A stretch of DNA of 64,000 nt from Octopus sinensis (GCF_006345805.1 NC_043001.1:71858001-71922000), one strand, 5' to 3'. Shown: positions 24,409 through 38,775, numbered from the stretch's first letter. A program made the numbers and translations. The notes: generated by a model from the sequence alone, not told the origin.

Positions 24409-24989
24409 AATATTAATGGTTAAGGTCTTACGTTCTGAGTTCAAATCTCTCCGCGGTCGACTTTGTCTTTCATCCTTTTGGGGTCGATAAAAATAAGTAC
24501 CAATTGAACACTGGAGTAAATGTAATCGACTTCCCTCCTTCCCCGAAATTACTGGCCTTGTGCCAAAATTTAAAACCAATATTATTGGTTAAGGTAAGGC
24601 GGCGAGCTGACAGAATCGTTAGTATGCTGGGCAAAATGCTTAGCGGCATTTCATCCGTCTTTGCGTTCTGAGTTGAAATCCCGCCGAGGTCGACTTTGTC
24701 TGTTATCCTTTCGGGGTTGATAAAGTAAGGGCCAGTTGAATACTGGGATCGATTTAATCGAGTTATCCCCTTCCCTCGAAATTGCTGGCCTTGTGCCAAA
24801 ATTTGATATCGGTATTAATGGTTGAGTTCAAATTCCGCCGTGGTCGACTTTGCTTTTCATCCATTTGTGGTCAATAAAATAAGTACCAGCTGAACAGGAT
24901 CGATGTAATTGACTTCTCCGCCAACCCCACCCCACCCCACGAAATTACTGGCCTTGTACCAAAATTTGAAACTAATATTAATGGTTAAG
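24409..24989 (+). mobile_element. Three head-to-tail family B SINEs separated by four copies of AATATTAATGGTTAAG
   Basis: Motif copies at 24409-24424, 24578-24593, 24811-24826 and 24974-24989. The three SINE copies have different 5' ends. Confidence 0.88.
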
Positions 24990-25394
24990 CTTAATTTAAT
25001 AAACGGGTCAAGGAAAGATAATTTTTTTTTATATTTCCTGTCTGCCAATAAACCAGTAAAAGCCTTCATATGACTGCGGAAATTACATCTTAATAATTAA
25101 CTGCAGTTAATCAAAAGGCCTAGCAATGTATTTAAAAATGTAGTTCAATCAAAGTCATGATGGGTCAAGGCTGCTATAGCCGTAGAAAGGAGTATAAAAC
25201 ATCAGATGAAGCGGGTTATACAGCTAAAAAATAATGGCATAACCGAAAAATATTTGAACAATTACAATATTTGTTGGAAATATAGTGTAACGGTATGTTA
25301 CTTAGGAAAATATAAAAACGAAGGCAGGGTACCAAATGAATAGATGTAACGCTTTGCATACTGGTCGATGACAACAGAAGAAAAGGTACAAACT

Positions 25395-25493
<99 letters not shown>

Positions 25494-26812
25494 CGTTTAT
25501 ACTGTATGGTTATGCTGTATTTTGCTTTTTGCTTCAGTATGTAACTTACCTTATTGTGCTGGTTCTATAGACAATATTTTATCGTTGCAACCACTTCTCC
25601 TTAATGCTGTACTATAGTATGAAGCAGTTTTATTGAATACATTCTTTTCTGATGATTGGTTGGGCATGCGTTCACTGATAATACCTGTTATGTACTTAAT
25701 AAATGTAAACGAGTGGGTAAAGGATTTTATTAATATATATAGTTCCTTCATTTGGCTAATGTATAGCTAGTATTCACCTGCGTATAGCTTTAATGTTATA
25801 TCTAAGAAGTTTACTATTTGGGTTAGTGTTTACCGTAATTACTGGATTAAATTCTGACAATACTAGCCATCGTTTTAGATTTTTTTGTTGTTATCTTTTC
25901 TTTGTTTTTCCCTGTCATGTTTGTTCATATATTATTGTATGAGGTGAGTCTGCCAAATTTGTATAATTCTGAAAGTATTTTACTCTTTTTTTTTTCAATG
26001 TGCGTAGTATAAATAGACCGACATAATCCGATATTTTCGCCCCCTCATTGCTGCCCATAAATACATCAGAAAGCTCGTCTCCATATTTCTTAACCAAAAG
26101 GAATTATTGTAAATTAACAAAGGTTTTCTTGTAACCATTATTATGTTCATATCTACAACGCTGATGGTGGTGTACAATTTACCGAAATCTGGTAATGAAG
26201 TTACAATCAATATTTAGCTTGATGTGTGTACAGTCTGAGGTAAAGCACTGAAATGAGTCTTTGTGTGTGTTTGTAGTTTGTTCTGCTTAGTTTGGAGAGA
26301 TTGAGATCTATGCAGAGATGACAACATATTTGATGTCAAGAATGACGACGTAACTGAACTTGGCACGAGACGAGGCGATGCAAGTTGTTGCAGAGCAAAA
26401 TAGGCCGAGGCAGAGTAAGACAGCAAGTCGGGACTGGGCAGGACGGAGCGAGGTACGGCAGAGCGCTGTGAGGTTGATAGAGTCGAATGAAGATGAAGCG
26501 AGTTGAAGCGTAACAGAGTGAGGTGTAGTCGGTGGGACGAAACGGGGTGAAGACTGACCAGACAGTCGAATCAAAATTGTCTGAATGAGGCGAGGTGAGG
26601 TGAAGTGAAGTGGAAGAGGTAGATGAAGTGAAGTGAGACGAGATGGGGCGAGACGAAGTAATGTGAGGTGTGACTAAGCAAGGTAGAGCGAGGTCGATGA
26701 GGTGAGGTAGAACGAGGTGTTAAGAGATGAGACGGGGTTATGTGAGGCACGGCAGTGTGAAGTGAGATAGGACGAGGTGATGCAAAGTTAAACAGTACAA
26801 GATGACGTAGAA

Positions 26813-27621
26813 CAATGGTTCTCAACTGGGTCCGTATGGTCCTTGGGGATCTATATGAGATTTTTTTGTTAAAGTTTATGATCAATATATTGGTTATACT
26901 TCTACAATACGCTAAATATTTTAGCAATTTTTTATGCAATTCCTAATAATATTGGGTTGTTAAGAAAGTTCGTGCCGATTTTTAAAGGAAAGAAAAAGGT
27001 CAATAAATACTTGCCATTACATTTTTAATCAACCAAATATGAACCATTTTGTTGCACCATAAGTCTCCATCTTTCCTTTAACTCGAAAATACCCTCTTCC
27101 CAGAATTGAGGTAGTTTCATGGCAAAGAATTCGTCAGGGTATCTTTTTACGTCATCCAAGGAATCTAATTTTTTACCATTAAGACTATTCTGCAGAGACC
27201 TGAATAAGTGGAAATCCAAAAGAGCTATCACTGGTGAATATGGAGGGTGGGGTAACACATCCCAGCCGAGCTGCAACAATTTTTGTCTGGTTCCCAAATC
27301 ATCAAGTGTCGAAAATGAACTTTCTTATCTTCCATTTTAAAGGGTTACAGAATTAACTCAGGTTATAGGAACATAAACCTTCTTCCACTAAAAGATAGCT
27401 TAAGCTGTGCTCTAAATGGAAGTGTAGTCAAATCCCATTTTATGGACTCGGCCATGTTCTAAAATAAGTCGAAATGTAAGCTACTATAAATCGGCACAAA
27501 ATTTCCGGACAACCTAATATCTAATTATAAAAATATAACAGGACTTTTTTTTAACATGGGGTCCAGTAGAGTAAAATAGGAATCAAAGGGCTCCATAGTA
27601 AAAGGTGGTTGTAGACCACTG
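26813..27621. mobile_element. hAT (Charlie-like) MITE carrying a nested mariner derivative
   Basis: Ends CAATGGTTCTCAAC / GGTTGTAGACCACTG; imperfect 8-bp TSD ACGTAGAA / CTGTAGAA. Confidence 0.7.
26950..27519 (-). mobile_element. Second copy of the mariner deletion derivative
   Basis: Same ITRs and same deletion junction as 22734-23304. ORF 27025-27297 reads LGWDVLPHPPYSP...FHLFRSLQNSL. Confidence 0.92.
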
Positions 27622-29499
27622 CTGTAGAATGAAGCAAAATAAGACAAAATAACCAACAAATATAACTCAGAAATGTAAGGAATTAGGTGTCTGTTTGCAA
27701 TCTTGAACTCAATTCCTACTTTTCAGCTTGAAGAAATATAAAAGGGAAAAGAAAATAAACTTCAGTATTATTATGATAAAGGAGAAATGCTGAAATAGAA
27801 AAAAGGAGACCATACTTTATGTTCTAGTATTGAATAATTTGTTTGGTTGGCAACGTCGTTCCAAGACGGCACAAAATAATGAAGAACATTGTGAGACTGA
27901 CGGTAAAGGATTTTATTTATTGATGTGACTGATTTATTAATATGCGAACTCTATGGTCATAGTTTAAAGGTAGAGACGAATAAAAGACCGGACGTATTGG
28001 AATCGGTCAGTAATTTAGATTCCGTCCAGTAATGGACATTGTAAGCATTCACGCTTGGTTAAAATTCTATTAATTTCGTCCATCGATAATCTTAGTCGGA
28101 ATTGATAGCATATGTGATTAATGAAATCAAATTAATGATGTCTATATAAGTAATCAATTATTAATTTTTATATTCTTATGTCGTCCTGAACATGTGTGTT
28201 TGCGTGTATATAAATAATCTATGTGTGTGTATACATGCATACATACATGCATGCATACATTCTTAGTTATATATATATATATATATATAAATTTTTTAGT
28301 TACACAGTTGGAATTTTCATAAGATCCAAGCCGTAATTGTTAACTAACTACTTTCGGAAATAGTGATCGTAACCGTCGTTGCCTACAACAAGGAAACAGA
28401 AAAAACAAACTTTGAATGTCGTAGCATCATATCACTTCGACGGCGTCTACAAATACCAATTGTGGAAGTGTATCCATTGATTAATTCTTAATCAATGAAG
28501 AAAAACAATATCATGGGTGTTGAAAATGAGACCATTAGAAAGAATTCTCTTAAGACCAAATATACACATGCAGAGACGTTGCACAACTCTACTGCAACTG
28601 GTCCTTAGATGAAAGGGTTTTCTGCCTTTAAGTAGGTCGTGCGCGAATATGTTGTCAAAAATTTCGAAGTGACTGTAACATAGATAACCGGAGTTTGGTT
28701 TAGAATTGATGGTCAATAACTGCTAGTTAAAGACATGGAGCTGTCAGAATCGTTAGCGCATCGAAACAAAAGGCTTAGCGGCATTTATTATGCCTCTTTA
28801 AGTTCTAAGTTCAAATCCTGACGAAGCCAACTTTGCTTTTTATCCCTTTGGGGTCAATAAAATAAAAATACCAGTCAAGTACTTGGCTCGATGTAATCGA
28901 CTTGCCCACCCCACTCAAAATTGGTGGCCTCGAGCCCTCTGTTCATGAGGAATGTCCTACGGTCATTTACGTATCCCATGGAAACAGCCTAACTGGCTTT
29001 ATAAGTTCTAGGGCTCAAAAAAAACGTTTTAAAAAACATCGCTGGTTAATAATATTGATTAATATTTGCTGATTAATAATTACTGATTGATCATTGTTAG
29101 TCAGAAATTGTCGCTTAATTGCTATTTAATAGTGTTTAGTACATAGTGTTCAATAACTATCGCTTAATAATACTTAGTATATAATTAATATTTAAGAAGT
29201 GCCGTTTAATAATATTAAGTAGATATTTTATATTTGTTGCTTATTAATAGCTGTTGACTACAAATTGCTTTTGTTAGTAATTGTTGGTTAATAGTCTTTG
29301 TTTAATAGCTGTCCTTCTCTGATGATATCTAGTAACTTTGGTCATTGATGATGTCTTCAAACTTAACGCTTAATCAGGGAATATCGAACAGAAATGTTCT
29401 GTTTCTGTTTGACATTAAGATTCAATTAACCTCTCACAGTTCAAATAATTAATCCACGCTTAATTGGATAGATCTGATTTATCAGAAGAACAGAAAAAA

Positions 29500-29502
29500 A
29501 AT

Positions 29503-29551
<49 letters not shown>

Positions 29552-30037
29552 TAATAATAATAAAATAATAATAATAATAAAATAATAATAATAATAAAAT
29601 AATAATAATAATGATGATGATAATAATAATAATAATGATGATGATAATAATAATGATGATGAGGATGATGACGATGATGATGATATCAATGATAATGATA
29701 ATGGTAACAAAGATGATAACAATGATGATAATAATGATGAACATGACGATGATAATAATAATGATGATGATTTCAAATTTTGGCTGAAGGCTAGCAAGTT
29801 CGGGGGTAAGCCGAATACATCGACTCCAGTATTCAACTGGTATTTATTTTATCGACCCCAAAATGATGAAAGCATTGTCGACCTCGGCGAAATTTGAACT
29901 CAGAAATTAAAGACGGACAAAATGCCGGTAAGCATTTTGCTAGCTCGCTGTCCTCAATGACGATGATGATCCTTTTTGATTCAAGCATCGGAACAGTAAT
30001 TTCAGAAGGAAGGGGGTTAATCGATTAAATCGACCCC

Positions 30038-30090
<53 letters not shown>

Positions 30091-30091
30091 T

Positions 30092-30130
<39 letters not shown>

Positions 30131-30147
30131 GTGATGATGATAAAGAC

Positions 30148-30203
<56 letters not shown>
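29500..30203. repeat. (AAT)n/(GAT)n tracts flanking a minus-strand family B SINE (about 29770-29950)
   Basis: Direct inspection. Confidence 0.85.
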
Positions 30204-30204
<1 letters not shown>

Positions 30205-30449
30205 CAAAAAACGAATAGAAAAGCTGAAAACATAAAAGTTTATTTCTACTCAGTTTCTGCTAAATTAGTTCGTGGTCTATTGAATGTTAATTAATAAATA
30301 AAAGTGAAATTAGTGACGTGTGGCTTTTAATCAACTTGTAACTCTAACATTAAAATTAATGACATATATCTCTCAAATCACATTCACAATAATCAACAAT
30401 TGTTGTTGTCGTTGTTGCTTTTGCTGTTGTTGTTCTTGTTGTTATTATT

Positions 30450-30480
<31 letters not shown>

Positions 30481-30764
30481 GCGGTGGTGGCGGCAACGGC
30501 GGTGGCGACGACGACGACGGCGACAGTCGTGTGATATTTCTTAAAAACATAAACAAGACTTTATGTTTTTAACTGTTCATCTTTGGATTTTTTTACTGTG
30601 TAATAGTAATGGATACTTTATTTTAAATTTACATCTTCTATGAGTGTGTGTGTGTGTGTGTGCGTGTGACTGTGTGTGTGTCTGTGAGTGCATGTGTGTG
30701 TGCACGCGTGTGTGTGTATACATATGCACATGTATTTGTGCGTATCATAATTATCATCACCATC

Positions 30765-31090
30765 ATCATCATCAACGTTTAACGTCCGCCTTCCATGCTG
30801 GCATGGGTTGGATGGTTTGACAGGAGCCGGCTAAGCAGAAGACTGCACCAAACTTCTGTATCTGTTATGACATGGCTTTTACGAATGAATGCTATTCCTA
30901 AAACCAGCCAACCCGCAGAATAGATGGTGTGCTTTTTATGTGACACCAGCACAAGTGAGGTCGGGTTTGGCATGGTTTTTACAGCTGGATGTCCTTCCAA
31001 ATGTCAACCACTTTACAGTGTGGACTGAATGCTTTTTACATGGCATCAGCACTGGCAAGGTCACCAAGTAACTTGCAAGACAAGGAATCT
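30765..31090 (-). mobile_element. Non-autonomous element with RTE-like 3' tail (GCCAGCATGGAAGGCGGACGTTAAACG-(ATG)n)
   Basis: A related tail lies on the plus strand at about 63770-63818. Internal short tandem duplication. Confidence 0.55.
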
Positions 31091-31130
31091 TTGAGAGGGA
31101 GGGGCATTAGAGGAGATGTATCGTTATGTG

Positions 31131-31175
<45 letters not shown>

Positions 31176-31201
31176 TATATATATACATACATATATATGT
31201 G

Positions 31202-31245
<44 letters not shown>

Positions 31246-31284
31246 TATGTGTATGTATATAAATATATATATACACACACACAT

Positions 31285-31590
31285 ATCACGTGATCACGTG
31301 ACCGACCAGACCATCAGATGTTGTTACACATCGCTGGTCACAATGCGTTCGCATTGTTTTAGCCTTCGAATGACGCCACCCCGCTGGCTAAGCGAGCAGA
31401 CCAATAGAAGAAAGAGTGGGAGGAAGAGTAGTGAAAGAGTACAGCGGGGATCACCACCCCCTGCCGGAGACCCGTGGAGCTTTTAGGTGTTTTCGCTCAA
31501 TAAACACTCACAACGCCCGGTCTGAGAATCGAAACCGCGATCCTACGACCGCGAGTCCGCTGCCCTAACCACTGGGCCATTGCGCCTCCA
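31285..31590 (-). mobile_element. tRNA(Arg)-like SINE (family D)
   Basis: Minus strand TGTGGAGGCGCAATGGCCCAGTGGTTAGGGCAGCGGACTCGCGGTCGTAGGATCGCGGTTTCGATTC. Confidence 0.88.
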
Positions 31591-31630
31591 CATATATATG
31601 TGGAGGTTTGCACACACACACATATATGTA

Positions 31631-31734
<104 letters not shown>

Positions 31735-31771
31735 GATATATGTTTGTGTGTGTGTATATGCATATACATAT

Positions 31772-32345
31772 CTCAACCTTTTATCTTTCAGCATACCTTT
31801 CGCAACTCCAAGTATCTTACTCCCCTCCCTCACTCTGTACCCCACCTCCTCAGCCAACCCCAACCCCATCCACCGATCCCAGATACTTAAAAACACTCAC
31901 CTCCTCTAACATCTCACCAATTATACTCACATTCATCCTACTAGCCATCTCTCGAACATCTCATCACCTTACTCTTAGCTACATTCACTTTCAGTTTCCT
32001 CCTCTCACACACTCTTCCAAACTCTACTACCAGTCTCTTCAGTTGCTCTTCCGAATCCTCTACCAGAGCTGTGTCATCAGCAAACAACAACCGACTCACC
32101 AATCATTATCTCTATTTTCTCCCATCATTTGGGCTCCTCAACCAAAGGTTCTAGCATTTACCTCTCTCACAACACCATCCATATATAGATTAAACAGCCA
32201 TGGAGACATCACACAACCCTGTCTTAACCCCACCTTCACATCAGACCACTCACTTTCTTCACCACCCACCCTAACGCACGCCCTACTTTCTCTGAAAAGT
32301 TCTGAGTTCTTTCAACTATGCATAGCTTACATTCTTTTGATCCGT
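31772..32345 (-). mobile_element. RTE-type (RTE-X-like) reverse transcriptase fragment
   Basis: Minus strand VKVGLRQGCVMSPWLFNLYMDGVVREV...ADDTALVEDSEEQLKRLVVEFGRVCERRKLKVNVAKSKVM...FKYLGS, with stops and frameshifts. Confidence 0.85.
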
Positions 32346-34752
32346 TAACACATGGATTTTCTAACCATTTTCTACTTTGTCGTATGTAGTGTGGCGTTCA
32401 ACTTCAAACCCCATACGTGGCTGGCCAACTTAGTAGATTTCCCAGTAAATTACAGGTACAGGAAAATATTTAACAGTCGCTCAGTGAAATTATCATATAG
32501 CTACTACCCCAATATGAGAAGAATGGGTTCCAGCAATATCTGGGAAGTTAACCTTGCGATGGATCAGCGTCCTATTCACGGGCAGGATGTAATCATAGTA
32601 ACTTACACAAAATGGAAATCGATATAAGCTCAGGCCTTATGAGTCCTATGGCTCGTGACAGACCTATATCTCATATGTATTATAAGTTGTTAAGTCTCCT
32701 TATTGTAAAAGTATAGTCAGCCAACGAGAAAGTGTCGTGCTTTTGTATCCAATATATACTGATGCAAGGACTGTGAAGGTCTTGAAATTGCCGGCATTGT
32801 ACCTAACATTGAGACAATTATCTTCACAACATATCAACAGCTTTGATTCTGATGGTATGGAAAGGTATGGGATAGTAAGGAAAAGTTGGGATGGTATGGA
32901 GTGATATAAGGTGGTTATGGGAAGTTTATGGTACATAAACTTGTACAGTTTAGCGGCGAATTGGTAGTACCAATGCCCCGCGGCATTTGTTCCGACTATC
33001 TGCCCAGTAGGTTCAAATCCTACGAAGCTCAAGTTTGTCTTTTATTTTTTCGTGTATCGATAAAAAAAAAAGTACCATTCAAGGATGGTGGACTGACAGA
33101 ACTATAAAATCTTCAGATCATATGGCTCTCGATATTTGTTTCGGTTCCTTGTGTTCTAAGTTCTAATTCGACAACAGCTTGCTTGGGTTACAAACTAAAG
33201 GTACCTAAGAAGTCAGGAGATAGCATCTTGGGTACATTTAGTGGCGTCCATTTTTGTAGGTATTGATGCTAAATCTCCAATTTGGGAATACCTTCTTCCT
33301 TCCTTCAAACCAGTCTCAGAAAACCTGTAAATAGTCATGGGCACTGCCCTCCCTCCAGACTAAAAGACAAAAGTAAATAACAATAGTCACGAACCATATT
33401 GCCTACCACTGACTATCTGTCATCGATACTCAATTTCGTTCTTGTTTTATTGATGCAGTGATCTGTTTATTTTTCCGTTCTGTTACCTTGGATATTGCTG
33501 TTACTGTGAGCTTGCTTTAATATATCAATTACTAGGACAGATTGGACAAATAATCGACCTTCTGACTATGAATGTTCAACTAATCAATCAATGTGACGGT
33601 GTCACATCTGGCTTTGAGTAGGAATACAGAAATGATTTGAATTTCAAAGATCCAGTCAAGGAATGTGTTATACTGCCTGTAAACTGGATTATATGAATTT
33701 TATTCAGAATAAATTATAAGTCAGTAGCACCGGTGTGTGAAATTATTATGAAAAACAACAAAATATTTAGATAATGGCGACTACTATCTAAAAGATACTC
33801 TGATAGATAGCTTCAAAAATAGAACATCTCCAATTCAGATTGTATTGTAAGTGCATAGCGTAGGCGTTAAGCACAGACGGGACAATGTGGTTAAAAATTT
33901 GTTCCCGGGTTCAGTCCAACTGCGTGGAACCTTGGACTGGGGTCTTCCGCTATAATGTCGGGCCTTTCAAAGCCCAGTGATTGGTAGATTAAATCTTCTT
34001 GTATTGTAATTTTTTGTATGAATTCTGGGGGTATTGACAGATTTTCACATTTATATCTAGTAAAAGGAGAATTCCTGCTGTATGATAGCATATGATGGCC
34101 AATAAGCATGGGGAAGCTTTGTAAAGCACGCTATAAGGTTATTACCTAGATGATGTTAAATATATACATATAGATGTATATGTATGTACGTGTGTGTGTG
34201 TCTGTTTATTCCTACCACACTGCTTGACAACCGGTGTTGGTTTGTTTACATCACCGTAGCTTAGCGATTCAGCAAAAGAGACCGATATAATAGGTACCAG
34301 ACTTTTAAAAAAGATAACTACTGGTGTCAATTTGTTCGACTAAACACTTCAAGGTGGTGCCCCAGCATGGCCGCAATTCAATGACTGAAACAAATAGAAG
34401 AAAGACCTATTTGCAAGTGAGTATGACATAGTAACATGTACTATGCTTTCACTAATAGTTTTTGGTGCCTGTGTAGTCACCAACAAACATGAATAGCCTC
34501 TCAGCTCTCCCACTTCTTTACCCTACCCACTTAGCTCTCCTCTACTATTTGACCAAGAAGCGCAGCTGAGGGGTGAGAAGGCTGCACATGACTTCGTTGG
34601 GACTTATTTTCAGTTGAATACAACACAAGAGCAATATAGAGCGCTCTCACCCACCAGTTTGTGAAGCGAACCCACGACCTTTTGGTTGTAAGCTCAATAT
34701 TCTAACCATTAGGCCACGTGTCGCAGTTACAATACGGCTAATATAACTTGAA

Positions 34753-34969
34753 GTTAAGGCGGCAAGCCAGCAGAATTGTCAGCACGCCGGGTAAAATGCT
34801 TAGCGACATTTCGTCTGTCTTTACGTTCTGAATTCAAATTTCGTCGAGGTAGACTTTGCCTTTCATCCTTTCGAGGTCGATAAAATTATTGCCAGTTAAG
34901 CTCTGGGGTCGATATAACCGACTGATCACCTTCCCAGAAACTTCTAACCTTGTACCAAAATTTGAAACC
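34753..34969 (+). mobile_element. SINE family B, full length, with 13-bp TSD
   Basis: TSD AATATAACTTGAA at 34740-34752 and 34970-34982; tail CCTTGTACCAAAATTTGAAACC. Confidence 0.9.
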
Positions 34970-36698
34970 AATATAACTTGAAATTAACTCTCTGATTTCG
35001 TTTGGTTAGACTCATACACTTGTCTATTACCATCATCAGGGAATTATATGATATAACTTACATCTACTTTTCAATACAACTGTCTATTAGACTCTCAATG
35101 TACTTGACTATTTGCACCATTTTCTATTTTAGCAAATGGGGGGGTTAAAGAAACCTTTGAAACAGCATGATAAAAGAATAAACAAAAATGTTTATCACTA
35201 AAATATCAGGCAATAAATAAATCTAATTGAAAGCTTCATTCGTATCTTGTGTATCGCCAACCATGTCTTTCTTTCATGCAGTATCGAAGCCATGTTAATG
35301 TTACACAAATAACACACGAAGACTGGACATCCCCAGACAGAAATAGAACTCAAAGACTTCTCCCACTTCCGATAATAAGGAATACTTACCAGAATAGAAT
35401 AAATCAACACAAAAGAGAAATTGCATTCATTAAATTTTCAATGAAAAGATCTATTTTCGAAACTAAGAATTTTGTTTTTTTCCGTGGGCAAATTAAAGAT
35501 TTCTTTTTGGTGTTCCATGTATTATTTGTTAAGAGATAACAAGGTACGTTTTCACTATTTGACCCCAATATATTAATGGACATGAATATGACGCACAAAG
35601 GTAGATATTGAACGTTACAAACTCCTATTTACATTTTCTTATAGCCCCAGGTTTAATGACTAGGCAGTCGTTATTGATTAGAATAAGATATGCTCCAGGC
35701 AAATTAAGTCTATAAAATTGCTTTCATCCTTAGTTGAAGCCATTTCAATTTACTTATGCATGTATTGATATGCCTTCTCCCTTTAAAAGGCCTCTGATAT
35801 GTTGAATTTGATATCATGTAGTTCTTGATGAAAGGAATGGTGCGGCCTGGTTCCGATTCTTGGATAACACTATTTCTTTTACTGCAGTTATGTCGTTATA
35901 AAATCGGAATACCTGTGCCACCGTCCGATTCTGTTCCTTCATAACTTCCAGGAAAAAATGGAAATTTTAGGCTTCAGACAGTGTAAATTCCAATTGTATC
36001 AGAATTTGCTATGGGAATTTTTCTGAGAGACAGTTGCGGAAAAATTATCCGAATTGGCTTTGTTTCCTCATAACGTTCAGGAAAATGGGTATATTTTAAT
36101 GAAATTTTCTACAAACACCTTTCAGATGGAATGTAATGTGAAAAAGAAAAATGGTAGGTGCATGTTGCAATCATGAAAAAGAAAATTTGTTGTCACATGT
36201 CCCATATGTGATATTTGTCAGTATGTATGTGTATTCGCCCACCAATTTTTGCATCACATTACGTTCCTTATTAGCAGAAAACATCAATAAAAAATGCCCA
36301 TTTTTAAAAAATTTATGAGGTAACCAAATTAGGAGATCGCTTTTGCGTAGGTGTGTCATAAAAAATAGGGTAACGCAACATTCTTTATGCTCGTTCCTTA
36401 ATGTCTTCAGCAGCACCGATATTGTTCGTGTTTATAATTTAGTCTTAACAGAGATGGGCTCCGCACAGACTGAATCTCTCAAACTGTTTTCTTTCCAAAT
36501 TTCAATCTCATCTTTTCATATAGAAGCAGGAGATAAGTGTTTGATATTATTTTATTTCTGTCGGCTGCTGCCAACATTATTGACAGGACACCGACAGGCA
36601 AAATATTTCCAATAACAATCATTCAAATATAAACCGATGCCATAAAGGGCTGCAATTCATTATGCAAACACACGCAGTCACAAAGAAAAGCACTAACG

Positions 36699-36819
<121 letters not shown>

Positions 36820-36848
36820 ATTATATATATATATACATATATATATAC

Positions 36849-36883
<35 letters not shown>

Positions 36884-36885
<2 letters not shown>

Positions 36886-37030
36886 AATAGTTGAAATTTA
36901 TTGAAAAACAAAAGACGAAGACAGGTGTATGAACAACAACCAAGTGTATTAGTTTGATGCTCGGGAAAATGAAAAAGTCTTTTACATTTAAAGCCTACGC
37001 TCTTCAACAGAAAGGGATAAGAGAAAATAA
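36884..37030 (-). mobile_element. Penelope-like fragment with decayed hammerhead-like core (CTGTTGA variant)
   Basis: Homologous to 39990-40110. Minus strand CTTT-CTGTTGA-A-GAGCGTAGGCTT-TAAATGTA-AAAG. Abuts (TA)n. Confidence 0.55.
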
Positions 37031-37074
37031 ACTGAGAGAGAATGAAAAAATGAGAAAGATAATTATATATATTA

Positions 37075-37467
37075 CTTGTTTCAGTTATTTGACTGCGGCC
37101 AAGTTGAGTCACCGTCTTGAAGGGCTTTAGTCGAACAAATCGACCTCAGGACTTATTTTTTAAAGCCTAGTACTTACTCTATCGGTCTCCTTAGCCGAAC
37201 CGCTAAGTTACGGGGACACAAACACACCAGCACCGGCTGTCAAGCATTGATGGGAGACAACCACGGACACAAATGTACACACACGTAGATATATACGTAT
37301 ATACGACGGGCCTCTTTTAGTTTCCGTCTATCAAATCCACTCACAAGGTTTTGATCAGCCCGAGACTTTAGTATAAGTCACTTGCCCAAGACGCTACGCA
37401 GTGGAACTGAACCCGGAACCATGTGGTTGGGAAGCAAGCTTCTTACCACACAGCCATGCCTGCACCT
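37075..37467 (-). mobile_element. SINE family A, near complete
   Basis: Minus strand head GCAGGCATGGCTGTGTGGTAAGAAGCTTGCTTCCCAACCACATGGTTCCGGGTTCAGTTCC. Confidence 0.9.
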
Positions 37468-37476
37468 ATATATATA

Positions 37477-38749
37477 TAGGGTGCGTAAGATATTCGAGAG
37501 CAGATTTATGTTTATGAAAAAGAAACAACTATATAATTACTGACAATAACTTGATCAAAAAATGCTATGAGGATAAAAATAAACCTTCTTTTCTATAATG
37601 TTATTCAATAAAGCCATCTTCAGCTTCAACAACTGCTTCTATATGAGATGTAAATCATCTACATGCTCGAATCAAGTGGTCCTGGTTAATTTTGGGCATT
37701 ACTCTGACTATGGCAGCTTTCAAAGAATCTTTGGTGCTATGAGCGTGTTCAGTGACCTCTCTCTCAACAACGCTCCAATGGATTGAGATCTGGGGAATTA
37801 GGCGGCCGAATGTTAGAGATTATGTTATCATGAAAATTTTCAGCCATCCATTCCTGTGCTACTAGAGCCATGTATGATAGTGCAGTCTTACTGAAGCACA
37901 TATGACCTTCCATTGCCTATACTGACTATCCAGGGCTTAACAATTATTTCCCAGATCTCAATGTAAGCAGCAGAGTTAACTCTAAGGCCTTGTGGATAGA
38001 AGTAAGGGGGAATCACATATCTTTCGTTGCTGACAACCCCTAAAACCATGACAGTAGCAGGAAATTTTGTATGCATAACACTTGGAACTTCAGAAGGGTC
38101 GCACATAACCAACCATCTGTCATTTCTTCTGTTAACTTTTTGATCTTGGTCGAAGTTTTTCTCGTTTGAGAAAAACCAAATCAAATATTCTTCTGTTGGA
38201 TTTTTCAGTTTGTTTTAAAGCCTTTTAGATCTGATGTAATGATTTTCATTTGCTTTTTCTGACAAACTGACCTTTTCTTGCCATATAAGACTTATATCTG
38301 ATGTCTTCGTGACACATGGAGATCTTTGCAATTGACCTCATGGAATATCTATTGAAAGCTGTGTCTATAAGAGGTGATATTCGCAGTATGTTGGTATGGC
38401 TGTCTTTAACCTGCAGCTATTCAGTCTCCTTTAATCAATGGTCTGTTGAACTTGCTGGATAAATTCAGGTATTCTGATGAATTCAGAGCGTTTAGAATGC
38501 TTATTATACTTTGAAACTGGTAATACGTTTCTATTTTCAGTCTTTAACGAAAGATCTGGCGACTTTTAAAAAATCGAGATATTTCTAAATGCTCAACCTT
38601 TATAACCACAATAACAGCATGCTTCTTCATTTCATGACTAAGCTGAGGGCCTGCCATTGTTATCTTCTGAAACAAAGATTATATAGAATTAGTAAAAAAT
38701 GCAGCAATGACCAAAAAAAGGTATGTCCTTAAGTACTTTACGCACCCTA
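37477..38749 (-). mobile_element. DD37D (maT/mori)-like Tc1/mariner transposon, near full length, decayed
   Basis: ITR TAGGGTGCGTAA at both ends. Minus strand IWFFSNEKNF...VMHTKFPATVMVLGVVS...GLRVNSAAYIE...PPNSPDLNPL. Confidence 0.85.
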
Positions 38750-38775
38750 GATATATATATATATGTGTGTGTATG

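Noticed and set aside
24409-24989. CRISPR-like repeat-spacer array
   Set aside because: The spacers are homologous SINE copies of 150-220 bp, the context is eukaryotic, and there are no cas genes.
26340-26810. Purine-rich GAGGT/GAAGT/GAGAC region and its ORFs; also the TTAATA-periodic region at 29040-29330
   Set aside because: These are decayed short-period satellites with no further structure visible.
35198-35598. Adjacent minus-strand ORFs as a GPCR-like pseudogene
   Set aside because: Only vague hydrophobicity, with no conserved GPCR motifs in register.
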